Positions 1-9,130 of a stretch of 64,000 nucleotides of DNA are shown piece after piece; position 1 is the stretch's first letter, and every line of letters starts with the position of its first letter. This DNA is from Gemmatimonadales bacterium (GTDB taxonomy: Bacteria > Gemmatimonadota > Gemmatimonadetes > Gemmatimonadales > GWC2-71-9), in NCBI GenBank assembly GCA_035712285.1, contig DASTBA010000105.1, forward strand, positions 2,927 through 66,926, read 5' to 3'. The notes beneath the pieces were generated by a model. That model was not told the DNA's origin, made no database searches, and saw only the letters and a list, made by a program, of their open reading frames with translations. A program made the position numbers and the translations under genes.

Positions 1-1682
1 TGCAACTCAAGCGGACCGGCGCCGACTGGCGCGGGCCCTGCCCGTTCCATGGGGGGACCCACCGCAACTTTGCCGTGATCCCGCGGAAGGGGTTGTTCTA
101 CTGCTACGTCTGTCATGAGGGCGGCAACATCTTCACCTACCTCATGAAGCGGTTCGGGATGGACTACCCGAGCGCCGTCAGGGAGGTCGCCCGCCGCAGC
201 GGCATCACCATCCCGGACACTCAGCGGAGCGAAGGACCCGACCCCAACGAGCCGCTGTACGGGGCAATGGGCGCCGCGCACGACTGGTACACCCGCCAGC
301 TGCTCGACGACCCGGGCGCACAGGCGGCCCGCCAGTACCTTGCCGGACGGGGCATCACCGAGGACACGGCCGGGGAACTGGCGCTCGGATTTGCGCCGCG
401 GGGCCCGGCGTTTCTCGAGGCGATGCGCACCCTTGGCATCGGGGAGGAAGTCCTGCTCACCGCCGGTCTCGCCACCCGGCGCGAGGACGGCACCGTCGCG
501 GCCAAGTTCTGGAACCGGCTGCTCTTCCCGATTCATGACCTGCGGGGCCGCGTGGCCGCCTTCGGCGGCCGTCTCCTCGGCGAGGGTGAGCCCAAGTACC
601 TCAACTCGCCCGAGACGCCGATCTTCCACAAGGGACGTACGCTCTACCATCTGCACGCTGCCCGGCACGCCATCCGGAAGGAGGAGTGCGCCCTGCTGGT
701 GGAGGGATACTTCGACGTGATCCGGCTGGCGCTGGCCGGCATCGAGCACGTGGTGGCCCCGCTCGGCACGGCGCTCACGCCCGACCAGGCGAGCCTCCTC
801 CGGCGCTACACCCAGCAGGTGACCGTGCTCTACGACAGCGACGCCGCCGGCCTCAAGGCCACGTTCCGCGCGGCGGACGAACTGCTGCGTCAGGGGGTCC
901 GGGTTCGCGTGGCCACGATGCCGCCGGGTGAGGATCCGGACACTATGGTGGCGGGCGGGGGCGCGGCGGCGCTGGCGCCGATCCTCAAGGATGCGGTGGA
1001 CGTACTCGAGCGAAAGATCCAGATGCTGGCCGAGCGCGGCTGGTTCGAGGGGCTGGAGCACCGGCGGGATGCCCTCGACCGGCTGCTGCCCACGGTGCGG
1101 GCCGCCTCCGATCCGATCACCCGTGAACTGTACCTCACCCGCATCGCGGAGCGGACCGGCGTGGCCAAGGATGTGCTCGAGCGTGAACTCCGGTTCGCCC
1201 CCCGTCGTTCCGACGATGGCGCGCCCGGCCGGGTGGCGAGCAGCCAGCCGGTTCCGGAAGTGATGCCGACGCGTGGTGCGGAGTGGGAATTGCTTCGTGT
1301 CCTCGTTGCGGCGCCGGCGCTCCGGTCGCGCGCGGTGGAGCTGATTGCACCGGAAGCGTTCGAGCTACCCGAGCATCGCGAACTCTTCCGTGTCCTGACT
1401 GGCGGGCACGACGCGGGCGATCAGCTTCCGGCGGGACTTTCGCACGGCGCCCAGCTGCTCTGGGCCCGCCTGAGGGAAGCGGTCACCGAGCTGGAAGGGG
1501 CCGACCTGGACGACATGTTCGCGACCCGCGCGGAGATGGTGGCTTCGACGCCGGAGTGGCGGGCGATCCAGACGATTGCGGACCCCATCGAGCGGCGAAA
1601 GCAGGTGGACGAGTTCCGTGCCCGATATCCGGTGGCGGGCCGCGCCCGCGATCTGCAGCGCTACCTGCGGCGGCCCCGATGA
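1..1682 (+). CDS. dnaG: DNA primase DnaG, 5' end cut by the window edge
   Basis: The frame is open back to nt 3 (QLKRTGADWRGPCPFHGGTHRNFAV-IPRKGLFYCYVCHEGG), which is a CHC2 zinc finger. Toprim-like motifs LVEGYFDVI and LYDSDAAG follow. Stop TGA at 1680-1682. Confidence 0.93.
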   Translation, partial: QLKRTGADWRGPCPFHGGTHRNFAVIPRKGLFYCYVCHEGGNIFTYLMKRFGMDYPSAVREVARRSGITIPDTQRSEGPDPNEPLYGAMGAAHDWYTRQLLDDPGAQAARQYLAGRGITEDTAGELALGFAPRGPAFLEAMRTLGIGEEVLLTAGLATRREDGTVAAKFWNRLLFPIHDLRGRVAAFGGRLLGEGEPKYLNSPETPIFHKGRTLYHLHAARHAIRKEECALLVEGYFDVIRLALAGIEHVVAPLGTALTPDQASLLRRYTQQVTVLYDSDAAGLKATFRAADELLRQGVRVRVATMPPGEDPDTMVAGGGAAALAPILKDAVDVLERKIQMLAERGWFEGLEHRRDALDRLLPTVRAASDPITRELYLTRIAERTGVAKDVLERELRFAPRRSDDGAPGRVASSQPVPEVMPTRGAEWELLRVLVAAPALRSRAVELIAPEAFELPEHRELFRVLTGGHDAGDQLPAGLSHGAQLLWARLREAVTELEGADLDDMFATRAEMVASTPEWRAIQTIADPIERRKQVDEFRARYPVAGRARDLQRYLRRPR

Positions 1683-3403
1683 CGGCGGCGGTACCGGTCA
1701 TGCCGCCCCGATGGGTGGTGGCTGACACCGCCGATCCGGCTGCCGCGGCGTCGCTTGCCGGGGCATTGTCCATCCCTCTGCCCTTGGCCCGGCTGCTGGT
1801 CCAGCGGGGCTACACCGGTGCCGACGCCGCACGCGAATTCCTGCGCCCCTCGCTGGACACCCTCGCCGATCCGTACCGCCTCCGGGACATGGATCGGGCG
1901 GTGGAAATCGTGACCGGTGCGGTGCGCGAGGGGCGCCGCATCCTGGTCCATGGCGATTACGACGTGGACGGCCAGTGCGCCACGGCACTGCTCACCCGCG
2001 CCCTGCGCGCCGGGGGTGCGGAGGTCGTGCCATTCGTGCCGAACCGGATGCGCGATGGCTACGACTTCGGGCCGGCGGGGCTTGCCCGTGCCCTCGAAGC
2101 CGGCGCCTCCCTCGTGATCACCTGCGATTGCGGCATCACCGCGGTGGATACGGTGCGTGCGGCGCGGGAGCGGGGCCTGGACGCGGTGGTGACCGATCAC
2201 CACCTCCCGGGTTCCGAACTTCCCCCGGCGAATGCAGTGGTGGACCCCCAGCGGACCGATGACACCTCCGGCCTCACCCAGCTCTGCGGCGCCGGCCTCG
2301 CGTTCAAGCTGGTGCAGGCGCTCATCCCGGCGCTCGGGCTCCCGGCCAACCTGCACCTGCATCTGCTCGACCTCGCCGCGCTGGCCACCGTCGCCGACGT
2401 GGTGCCGCTCACCGGCGAGAACCGGGTGCTGGTCCGGCACGGGCTCAAGGTGCTGTCCGCCAGCCGGTGGCCCGGCGTGCGGGCCCTGGTGGAATCGGCC
2501 CGGCTCCATGATCGCGAGATCCGCGCGAGCCACCTGGGCTTCGTGCTCGGCCCGCGGCTCAACGCCGCTGGGCGGGTGGGCGAGGCGATGGACGGCGTGG
2601 AGCTGCTCCTCACCGATGATCCCGCCGTGGCCGCCCGCCTTGCAACGCGCCTCTCCGACCTCAACGACCAGCGCCAGGTGAAGGACCAGCAGGTGCTCAC
2701 CGACGCGGTGGCGCTGGTGGAAGACGGCGAGGAGGCGCTCGCCCAGTGCGCCCTGGTCCTCGCCGGCGATGACTGGCACCCCGGCGTGATCGGCATCGCG
2801 GCCTCGCGCATGGTGGAGCGCTACGGCCGGCCGACCTTTCTCATCGCCTTCGACGGTGACGTGGGCCGCGGCTCCGGCCGGAGCATTTCGCGCTTCGACC
2901 TGCATGCGGCACTGGATCGTTGCGGGGATCTCCTCGAGCGGCACGGCGGGCACCATATGGCGGCGGGGCTCACGATTCGCCGCGACCGGCTGGAGGCGTT
3001 CCGCGAGCGGTTCACCTCGGTGGCGCGGGAGCAGCTGCGGCTGGAAGACTGTGTTCCCGAGCAGCGCGTGGACCTGGTGATCGGCCTCGACGACGTGACG
3101 GAGGAACTCGAGCGGCTCTGCCGCTACCTGGAGCCATGCGGCACCGGGAACCCGGCGCCGGTGTTCGGGGTGCGGAGCGCGCGGCTGGCCGGCCAGCGCT
3201 GGATCAAGGACGCCCATCTCAAGGGGACGCTGGAGCAGGGCACCGGCAGCCTGCCGGCGATGGGTTTCGGATTCCGCGACCGGGTGCCGTGGCTCACCGC
3301 CCAGCCGGTGGACGCCGCCTTTCGCCTGGAGGCGAACGAGTGGCGGGGCGAGGCCACGGTGGAGGCCCGGCTGGTGGCACTGCGGCCGGCCGGTTCCGCT
3401 TGA
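1679..3403 (+). CDS. recJ: Single-stranded-DNA-specific exonuclease RecJ
   Basis: DHH-family motifs are present (ILVHGDYDVDGQCATA, ITCDCG, VVTDHH), plus the DHHA1 motif GGHHMAAG. ATG 1679 overlaps the dnaG stop (ATGA). The track start at 1283 lies inside dnaG and is rejected. Confidence 0.9.
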   Translation: MTAAVPVMPPRWVVADTADPAAAASLAGALSIPLPLARLLVQRGYTGADAAREFLRPSLDTLADPYRLRDMDRAVEIVTGAVREGRRILVHGDYDVDGQCATALLTRALRAGGAEVVPFVPNRMRDGYDFGPAGLARALEAGASLVITCDCGITAVDTVRAARERGLDAVVTDHHLPGSELPPANAVVDPQRTDDTSGLTQLCGAGLAFKLVQALIPALGLPANLHLHLLDLAALATVADVVPLTGENRVLVRHGLKVLSASRWPGVRALVESARLHDREIRASHLGFVLGPRLNAAGRVGEAMDGVELLLTDDPAVAARLATRLSDLNDQRQVKDQQVLTDAVALVEDGEEALAQCALVLAGDDWHPGVIGIAASRMVERYGRPTFLIAFDGDVGRGSGRSISRFDLHAALDRCGDLLERHGGHHMAAGLTIRRDRLEAFRERFTSVAREQLRLEDCVPEQRVDLVIGLDDVTEELERLCRYLEPCGTGNPAPVFGVRSARLAGQRWIKDAHLKGTLEQGTGSLPAMGFGFRDRVPWLTAQPVDAAFRLEANEWRGEATVEARLVALRPAGSA

Positions 3404-3915
3404 GGATTGTCGGGGGCGAGTTCGGCGGCCGGCGACTCGTCCGCCCGAAGGATGCCCGCGTGCGCCCGACCGCCGATCGGGTGCGGGAGGCGTGGATGAG
3501 CATTCTCGCTCCTGAGCTGGCCGGCGCCCGGGTACTGGATCTCTTCGCTGGCAGCGGCGCCCTCGGCCTGGAGGCGCTGTCCCGCGGCGCCGCCTCCGTG
3601 GAACTGGTCGAGCTCGCGCCCGCGTCGCTTGCGGCCATCCGCGAAAACGTGCGGGCACTGGCGGTGGAACAGCGGGTCACGGTCCGCCGGGCCGATGCCA
3701 TGCGGCACGTGGCGGCGCTGCCGCCCGGCAGCTTCGACGTGGCCTTCGCCGATCCGCCCTACACCACCGACCAGGCCCGGCAACTGGCTCTGGCCTTCCG
3801 CGACGCGCCCTTTGCGCGCATTCTTTCCATCGAGCATCCCCCTGGCCAGTCCGTTCCGGGCGACGAGACGCGCCGCTACGGCGACACCGCACTCACTTTT
3901 CTCCGAGCGCCATGA
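3400..3915 (+). CDS. rsmD: 16S rRNA (guanine-N2)-methyltransferase RsmD family
   Basis: RPTADRVREA, the SAM-binding motif VLDLFAGSGALGLEALSRGA and FADPPY are present. TTG 3400 overlaps the recJ stop (TTGA). The upstream part of track ORF 2920-3915 lies inside recJ. Confidence 0.8.
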   Translation: MRIVGGEFGGRRLVRPKDARVRPTADRVREAWMSILAPELAGARVLDLFAGSGALGLEALSRGAASVELVELAPASLAAIRENVRALAVEQRVTVRRADAMRHVAALPPGSFDVAFADPPYTTDQARQLALAFRDAPFARILSIEHPPGQSVPGDETRRYGDTALTFLRAP

Positions 3916-4394
3916 CCCGTATTGCCATCTACCCCGGCTCATTCGACCCGCCGACGCGGGGGCACGAGGACCTGGTGCGGCGCAGTCTCGCCCTGTGCGA
4001 TCGCCTGGTGGTGGCGGTGGCGCAGAACAGCGCCAAGCAGCCCCTCTTTTCCGTCGAGGAGCGCCTCGCCCTGCTTCGTGAGGGGATCGGGCCCGACCCT
4101 CGCATCACGTTCGAGGCATTCGAGGGACTGCTGGTCGAATTCGCGCGGGCCCGCGGCGCAACCATGGTGGTGCGCGGGCTCCGGGCCGTCAGTGATTTCG
4201 ACTTCGAGTTCCAGATGGCCTTGATGAACCGGCAACTGAACGGGGAACTGGAAACGGTGTTCCTGGTGCCGGCGCTCGATCTCACCTTCCTGAGCTCCAG
4301 CCTGGTGCGGGAAGTCGCCCGGTACGGCGGCGACGTGAGCACGCTGGTGCATCCGGCGGTGGCCGCGGCGCTGGCCCGGAAGTTCGGCTCGTGA
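3912..4394 (+). CDS. coaD: Phosphopantetheine adenylyltransferase
   Basis: The N-terminus [19 protein letters not shown] carries the nucleotidyltransferase signature. Length is 160 aa. ATGA overlap with rsmD. Confidence 0.93.
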   Translation: MTRIAIYPGSFDPPTRGHEDLVRRSLALCDRLVVAVAQNSAKQPLFSVEERLALLREGIGPDPRITFEAFEGLLVEFARARGATMVVRGLRAVSDFDFEFQMALMNRQLNGELETVFLVPALDLTFLSSSLVREVARYGGDVSTLVHPAVAAALARKFGS

Positions 4395-5335
4395 ACTTTC
4401 GCGCCGAGCTGCTGGAGCGGGCCGCCGGCCGGCGGGCGCGCATCGTGTTCCCCGAGGGGGACGATCCCCGGGTGATCCTCGCCGCGGAGCGCCTTCACTC
4501 GCTCGGCATTGCGGAACCGCTGATGCTCGGGCCAGGTGGTGTGACGACGGCGCAGGATCCGCGGCGGCCCGCGGTGGCGGAACTGCTGCGGACCCGCCGG
4601 CCGGACCGGGTCAGGGACGGCGTGGACGCGCTCGACCAGGCGACCGATCCGCTCAGGTTCGGCGCGGGCCTGGTCGCACTGGGCGAGGCCGATGGGTGCG
4701 TGGCCGGCGCGCAGCACACCACCGGCGACGTGGTCCGGGCGGCACTCTGGGCCATCGGTACCGCGCCGGGCATTTCGCTGGCCAGCTCCGCCTTCTACAT
4801 GGCCGGTCCCGATGGCGGCGTGCTGACCTTCACCGACTGCGCGGTTGTTCCGGAGCCGACGGCCGGGCAGCTGGCGGAGATCGCACTGGCCGCGGCCCGC
4901 GACCGCCGCCGGCTCATCGGCGACACGCCGCGGGTGGCATTTCTCTCGTACAGCACCGCCGGCAGCGCCGAGGGACCGCGAGTGGAGCGCGTGCGCGCGG
5001 CAGTGGCACGGTTTCGCGAACTGGCGCCCGGCATCGTGGCGGATGGCGAGCTGCAGGGCGACGCGGCCCTGGTGCCGGAAGTGGCGGCACGCAAGGCGCC
5101 GGCCTCGCCGGTGAACGGCCGCGCCAACATCCTGGTCTTTCCCGACCTCGACAGCGGCAACATCGCCTACAAGCTGGTGCAGCGGCTGGGTGGCGCCGCT
5201 GCCATCGGGCCGCTGCTGCAGGGGCTTGCCCGGCCGATGTCGGACCTTTCTCGCGGCGCCAGCGTCGAGGATATTGTAGACGTGGCCGCGCTGGTGGCCC
5301 TGCAGGCCCAACGGACCGAAGGAGAGGCTTCATGA
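4391..5335 (+). CDS. pta: Phosphate acetyltransferase (PTA_PTB domain only, 314 aa)
   Basis: Family motifs: [84 protein letters not shown] overlap with coaD. Confidence 0.85.
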   Translation: MNFRAELLERAAGRRARIVFPEGDDPRVILAAERLHSLGIAEPLMLGPGGVTTAQDPRRPAVAELLRTRRPDRVRDGVDALDQATDPLRFGAGLVALGEADGCVAGAQHTTGDVVRAALWAIGTAPGISLASSAFYMAGPDGGVLTFTDCAVVPEPTAGQLAEIALAAARDRRRLIGDTPRVAFLSYSTAGSAEGPRVERVRAAVARFRELAPGIVADGELQGDAALVPEVAARKAPASPVNGRANILVFPDLDSGNIAYKLVQRLGGAAAIGPLLQGLARPMSDLSRGASVEDIVDVAALVALQAQRTEGEAS

Positions 5336-5664
5336 GCTTTACCGCATCCCGCCAGGCGGACGTCACGCTCATCCGCGCCGCGGGCCAGCTGACCGTCAAC
5401 AACCGGCAGGACCTGAAGGCCCTGGTGGCCCAGCGACTCGAGAAGGGTGAGCGCCGGTTCGTCCTGGACTTCGGCGAGACCGGTTACATCGACTCGTCGG
5501 GTCTCGGCGCACTGGTGACCCTGGCGCGGCAGGTTCGCGACCAGGGCGGCGACCTCCGCCTGGGCGGGCTCAACGAAGACCTGCGCACGCTCTTCGAACT
5601 CACCAAGCTCGATACTCTTTTTACCATCGCGCCGTCCGCCAGCGAGGCGCTCGCGGGGTTCTGA
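5332..5664 (+). CDS. STAS-domain anti-sigma-factor antagonist (SpoIIAA/RsbV-like)
   Basis: 110 aa with the [11 protein letters not shown] motif, which holds the conserved phosphorylatable Ser context DSSGLG. ATG 5332 overlaps the pta stop (ATGA). The 5' part of track ORF 4696-5664 lies inside pta. Confidence 0.85.
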   Translation: MSFTASRQADVTLIRAAGQLTVNNRQDLKALVAQRLEKGERRFVLDFGETGYIDSSGLGALVTLARQVRDQGGDLRLGGLNEDLRTLFELTKLDTLFTIAPSASEALAGF

Positions 5665-5671
5665 GGCCGGC

Positions 5672-6133
5672 GTGACCGCGCTCCGCCTCTGCGTTCGCCG
5701 GAGCCCCGTGCCGGACGACGCCGGACCGGCGGCACGGGTCGAGTTGCGCCTCCCGAGCGACGTGGACTGCATCGAGGAAGCGGTCGCGCTGCTCACCCAT
5801 CATTGCCTTGCCGGCAGCCGCGGCGGCCGGCGGCTCCGGTTCCGCCTCGAGGTCGTACTCGCCGAGGCAATCGCCAACGCGATACTCCGCGGCAACCGGC
5901 AGGATCCGGCGAAGACCGTGCTGGTCAGCGTCCTGCTCCGCGTGCCCGAGATCCGGATCGAGGTGACCGACGAGGGAGCGGGCTTCGATCCGGCGTCCGT
6001 ACCCGAGCCGCTGGAGCCTGAGCGGCTCCGCGAGGACGGCGGCCGCGGGATCTTCCTGATTCGCCACCTGGCGGACGCCGTCTCGTTCAACGAACGGGGA
6101 AACTCCATCTGCGCCATCCTGCTCCGCCGCTGA
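5672..6133 (+). CDS. Anti-sigma regulatory factor, Ser/Thr protein kinase (RsbW/SpoIIAB-like HATPase)
   Basis: HATPase_c boxes are present: EAIANAILRGN (N box), EVTDEGAGFD (G1), GGRGIFLIRHL (G2). 153 aa, starting 7 nt after the STAS gene. Confidence 0.8.
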   Translation: MTALRLCVRRSPVPDDAGPAARVELRLPSDVDCIEEAVALLTHHCLAGSRGGRRLRFRLEVVLAEAIANAILRGNRQDPAKTVLVSVLLRVPEIRIEVTDEGAGFDPASVPEPLEPERLREDGGRGIFLIRHLADAVSFNERGNSICAILLRR

Positions 6134-6168
6134 CGCCGCTGCGCGCCGCGCTCGATGCCCTGGGGGCC

Positions 6169-7647
6169 TTGGCCGGCGCCCGGCTTCGCGTATGGAAGGA
6201 GGAAGGAGACCGCGCCGTGCCGATGGGCGGCGCGGGTGATGACTGGTGTCCGGTCCCGCCGATCGTCGCCGGAGCGATGGACACTCCCACCGGCAGGGCG
6301 TGGATGGAACCGCTGCCCGACGAGCCCGGGGCGTGGCTGGAACTGCAGGACCTGCCGTCGCTCCGTGCTCCCGCGCTGGCCCCGCCACTCGCCGCCATCG
6401 TGGGCCCCCTGCTGGCAAACACGCGGGAAGAGATCGAGCTGCTCTACGGGATCAGCGAAATCCTGGGACGCACCGTCAGCCTCGCCGAGGCGGCCGAGAC
6501 GATCATCCGGGAAGCGGCGGCGGTGGTGGGAGCGCGCCGGGCCTCCATCATGGTGTACGATGGGCGGCGTCAGGCGCTTCTCACCGTGGCCGCGCTCGGT
6601 TTCACCGCGGCGGATGCGGCGCCGGTCGCGGTGGACGATCCCGAGAGCGTGGCGGCGCGGGTGTTCCGCAACCAGGTGGCGGAAGCGCGGGCGGCGCGCC
6701 AGGAACAGGCCGACCGCTCGTACGCAGGCGCATCCTACCTGAGCATCCCCATCCGTTATGCGGCCCCCGGAGTGCCGCTCCGCTGCGTCGGAGTCCTCAA
6801 CTTCACCGACCGGAACGGCGGAGATCGTTTCACCGCGTCGGAGCGGCGCCTCGTGACCACCATCGCGAACTTCGTCGCCGTGGCGGTGGAGAATGCGCGC
6901 CTCGTGGCCCGGGAACGCACCCAGCAGCGGCTTCGCCGCGAGCTGGAGCTGGCGGCGGACCTGCAGCGGCGCATCCTGCCGTCCCCCGCCGCGCTGCACG
7001 GGGAAGCCGTGGTCGCGGCGCGGTGCGTGCCCGCCGAGTGGGTCGGCGGAGACTTCTACACCTTCGCACGGCTGGGTAACGGACGGGTCGGCGTCATGCT
7101 GGGCGACGTGTCGTCGCACGGATTCTCCGCGGCGCTGGTGATGGCGCTGGTGCTGAGCGCGGCGGGGGTGCACATGGCCGCACCGGCCACGCCCGACGAG
7201 ACGCTGACGGGGATGCTGGAGAGCCTGAGCGCCGAGCTGGCGCGGACCGAGATGTACCTGACGGTGTTCTACGGGGTGCTGGACCGGACGCGGGGCCAGC
7301 TGCTCTTCGCGAACGCGGGGCACGCGCACGCCTTTCGGGTGGGCCCCGATGGCTCCGAACGGCTGGGGGCGACCTCGCCGCCGCTCGGCCTCGTGAGCGG
7401 CGCGGCGATCGAGCGACGCGCTCTCCCGTGGGATGTCTCCCGCGACCTGCTGTGTCTCTGGACCGACGGGCTGGAGGATGCGCGGAATGCGGCCGGCGAG
7501 CGCTTCGGCGAGTCCCGGATCGTGCAGGCGGCGGAGCGCCTGATTCACGAGGCGCCCGAAGTGATCGTCGAGGCGATCCTGGCTGAGGCGCAGGCCTTCG
7601 CGCCATCCGGCGGGGACGACCGCACCATGCTCGTCCTGCGGCTGTGA
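6169..7647 (+). CDS. GAF-domain PP2C/SpoIIE-family serine phosphatase (RsbU-like)
   Basis: The C-terminal half carries PP2C/SpoIIE motifs: DLQRRILP, GGDFYTF, LGDVSSHGFSAALVMA, ANAGHAHAF, WTDGLEDA, DDRTMLVLRL. A GAF-like middle region precedes it. The start (TTG 6169) is uncertain. Confidence 0.85.
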   Translation: MAGARLRVWKEEGDRAVPMGGAGDDWCPVPPIVAGAMDTPTGRAWMEPLPDEPGAWLELQDLPSLRAPALAPPLAAIVGPLLANTREEIELLYGISEILGRTVSLAEAAETIIREAAAVVGARRASIMVYDGRRQALLTVAALGFTAADAAPVAVDDPESVAARVFRNQVAEARAARQEQADRSYAGASYLSIPIRYAAPGVPLRCVGVLNFTDRNGGDRFTASERRLVTTIANFVAVAVENARLVARERTQQRLRRELELAADLQRRILPSPAALHGEAVVAARCVPAEWVGGDFYTFARLGNGRVGVMLGDVSSHGFSAALVMALVLSAAGVHMAAPATPDETLTGMLESLSAELARTEMYLTVFYGVLDRTRGQLLFANAGHAHAFRVGPDGSERLGATSPPLGLVSGAAIERRALPWDVSRDLLCLWTDGLEDARNAAGERFGESRIVQAAERLIHEAPEVIVEAILAEAQAFAPSGGDDRTMLVLRL

Positions 7648-8456
7648 GGCGGCTGCCCGCCAAGCGTCGGCTGGGTCAGCACTTTCTGCACGACCCCTCG
7701 ATCCTCGGCCGCATCGCCGATGCGACGCTCGCGGGCCCTGACGATACGGTGCTGGAGATCGGCCCGGGGCCGGGTGGACTCACCGCGCAGCTTCTCCACC
7801 GCACGCCGCACGTCGTGGCGATCGAACGGGACCGGGACCTGTTCGAGGCGCTGGCCCGCCGCGCACCCGGTGCGCGGGTCGTGCCGGGAGATGCGTTGGA
7901 GCTCGACTGGCACCGGGAGTCGGGTGAGCCGGTGCCGTCGCGCTGGATCGTGGCCGGCAACATCCCCTACAACATCACCTCGCCGCTGCTCGACAAGGCC
8001 CTGGCGGAGCCACTGCCGGCGCGCGTGGTTTTCCTGGTCCAGCTGGAAGTGGCCGAGCGCCTTTCGGCAGAGCCAGGCAGCAGGGAGTACGGTGCGCTGA
8101 CCGTGGGTGTGCGGGCGCTGGCGCGCGTGGAGCGTCTCTTCCGCGTGCCCGCGGGCGCATTCCAGCCGGCGCCGAAAGTGGACTCGGCGGTGATCCGGCT
8201 GGTACCGCGGGAAATCCCCCTCGTTCCACCGTCCCATCGGGTGCCGTTCCGGCGCTTCGTCACCGGCGTCTTCGGCTTGCGGCGCAAGCAGCTGGCGGGT
8301 GCGCTCCGGCAGGTGACCGGGGGGCCCGCTCCAGCCATCCGCACCGAGCTCATGCGGCTCGGCGTCGCGCCGGAGGCCCGCGCCGAGACGCTGCCGCCCG
8401 AAATATTCTGGGAACTGTACCGCCAACTCGTTGACGGTGACTCCGGTGCGTGCTAG
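7644..8456 (+). CDS. rsmA: 16S rRNA (adenine1518/1519-N6)-dimethyltransferase
   Basis: Motifs RRLGQHFLHD, LEIGPGPGGLT and GNIPYNITSP. GTGA overlap with the phosphatase gene. Confidence 0.92.
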   Translation: MRRLPAKRRLGQHFLHDPSILGRIADATLAGPDDTVLEIGPGPGGLTAQLLHRTPHVVAIERDRDLFEALARRAPGARVVPGDALELDWHRESGEPVPSRWIVAGNIPYNITSPLLDKALAEPLPARVVFLVQLEVAERLSAEPGSREYGALTVGVRALARVERLFRVPAGAFQPAPKVDSAVIRLVPREIPLVPPSHRVPFRRFVTGVFGLRRKQLAGALRQVTGGPAPAIRTELMRLGVAPEARAETLPPEIFWELYRQLVDGDSGAC

Positions 8457-8458
8457 GT

Positions 8459-8476
8459 TTGTGAAACATTTCACAA
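8459..8476. promoter_or_regulatory. Rex operator (perfect palindrome TTGTGAA-ACAT-TTCACAA)
   Basis: Read directly at 8459-8476, inside the 26-bp gap between the rsmA stop (TAG 8454-8456) and the rex ATG at 8483. It matches the published Rex consensus TTGTGAAnnnnTTCACAA at every position. Candidate promoter elements flank or overlap it: TTGACG 8431-8436 plus 17 nt plus TAGGTT 8454-8459, or CACAAT 8472-8477. Confidence 0.7.
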
Positions 8477-8482
8477 TTGAGC

Positions 8483-9112
8483 ATGCCCAGAGTCGCCGAA
8501 TCCACCGTCCGCCGCCTGTCGCTCTATCTCCGGTTCCTCGAGGAATTCGAGGGGCAGGGGATCGCGACGGTGAGCTCCGAGGCGCTGGCGTCCCGGGGCG
8601 GGACGACGTCCGCGCAGGTCCGGAAGGATCTTTCCTTCTTCGGCTCCTTCGGGAAGCGGGGACTGGGCTACCCGGTGCCGGAACTGGTGGAGCAGCTCCG
8701 GGGCATCCTGGGACTCCGCCAGCGATATCGTGTCGCCATGATCGGCGCCGGCAAGATCGGCAGCGCGCTGGTGCAATACCGGGGGTTCCGGCAGCGGGGC
8801 TTCGATATCGTCGCCATCTTCGACGTGGATCCGGCCAAGATCGGCTCCCGGTGGAACGGGCTGACCATCCAGGATATCGCCCAGCTGGAAGCGGTCGTCC
8901 GGGCGGATCCGGTGGACATGGCGGTGCTGGTGACACCGGCGGAGGCGGCGCAGCCGCTCGCCGACCGGCTGGTGAAGCTGGGCGTCACCGCAATCCTCAA
9001 CTTCGCGCCGGTGCAGCTCGTGGCGCCGGATGATGTCGTGATCAAGACCGTCAATCTCGCCCTGGAACTCGAGACGCTGAGCTACGCGCTGCATCATCGC
9101 GGCACCCGCTGA
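8483..9112 (+). CDS. rex: Redox-sensing transcriptional repressor Rex
   Basis: The winged-helix N-terminus reads RRLSLYLRFLEEF...VSSEALA...TSAQVRKDLSFFGSFGKRGLGY. A Rossmann GxGxxG motif (MIGAGKIGSAL) follows. The track start TTG 8477 is 2 codons upstream; ATG 8483 is preferred. Confidence 0.9.
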   Translation: MPRVAESTVRRLSLYLRFLEEFEGQGIATVSSEALASRGGTTSAQVRKDLSFFGSFGKRGLGYPVPELVEQLRGILGLRQRYRVAMIGAGKIGSALVQYRGFRQRGFDIVAIFDVDPAKIGSRWNGLTIQDIAQLEAVVRADPVDMAVLVTPAEAAQPLADRLVKLGVTAILNFAPVQLVAPDDVVIKTVNLALELETLSYALHHRGTR

Positions 9113-9130
9113 CGCGATTACCTTTCCGCC

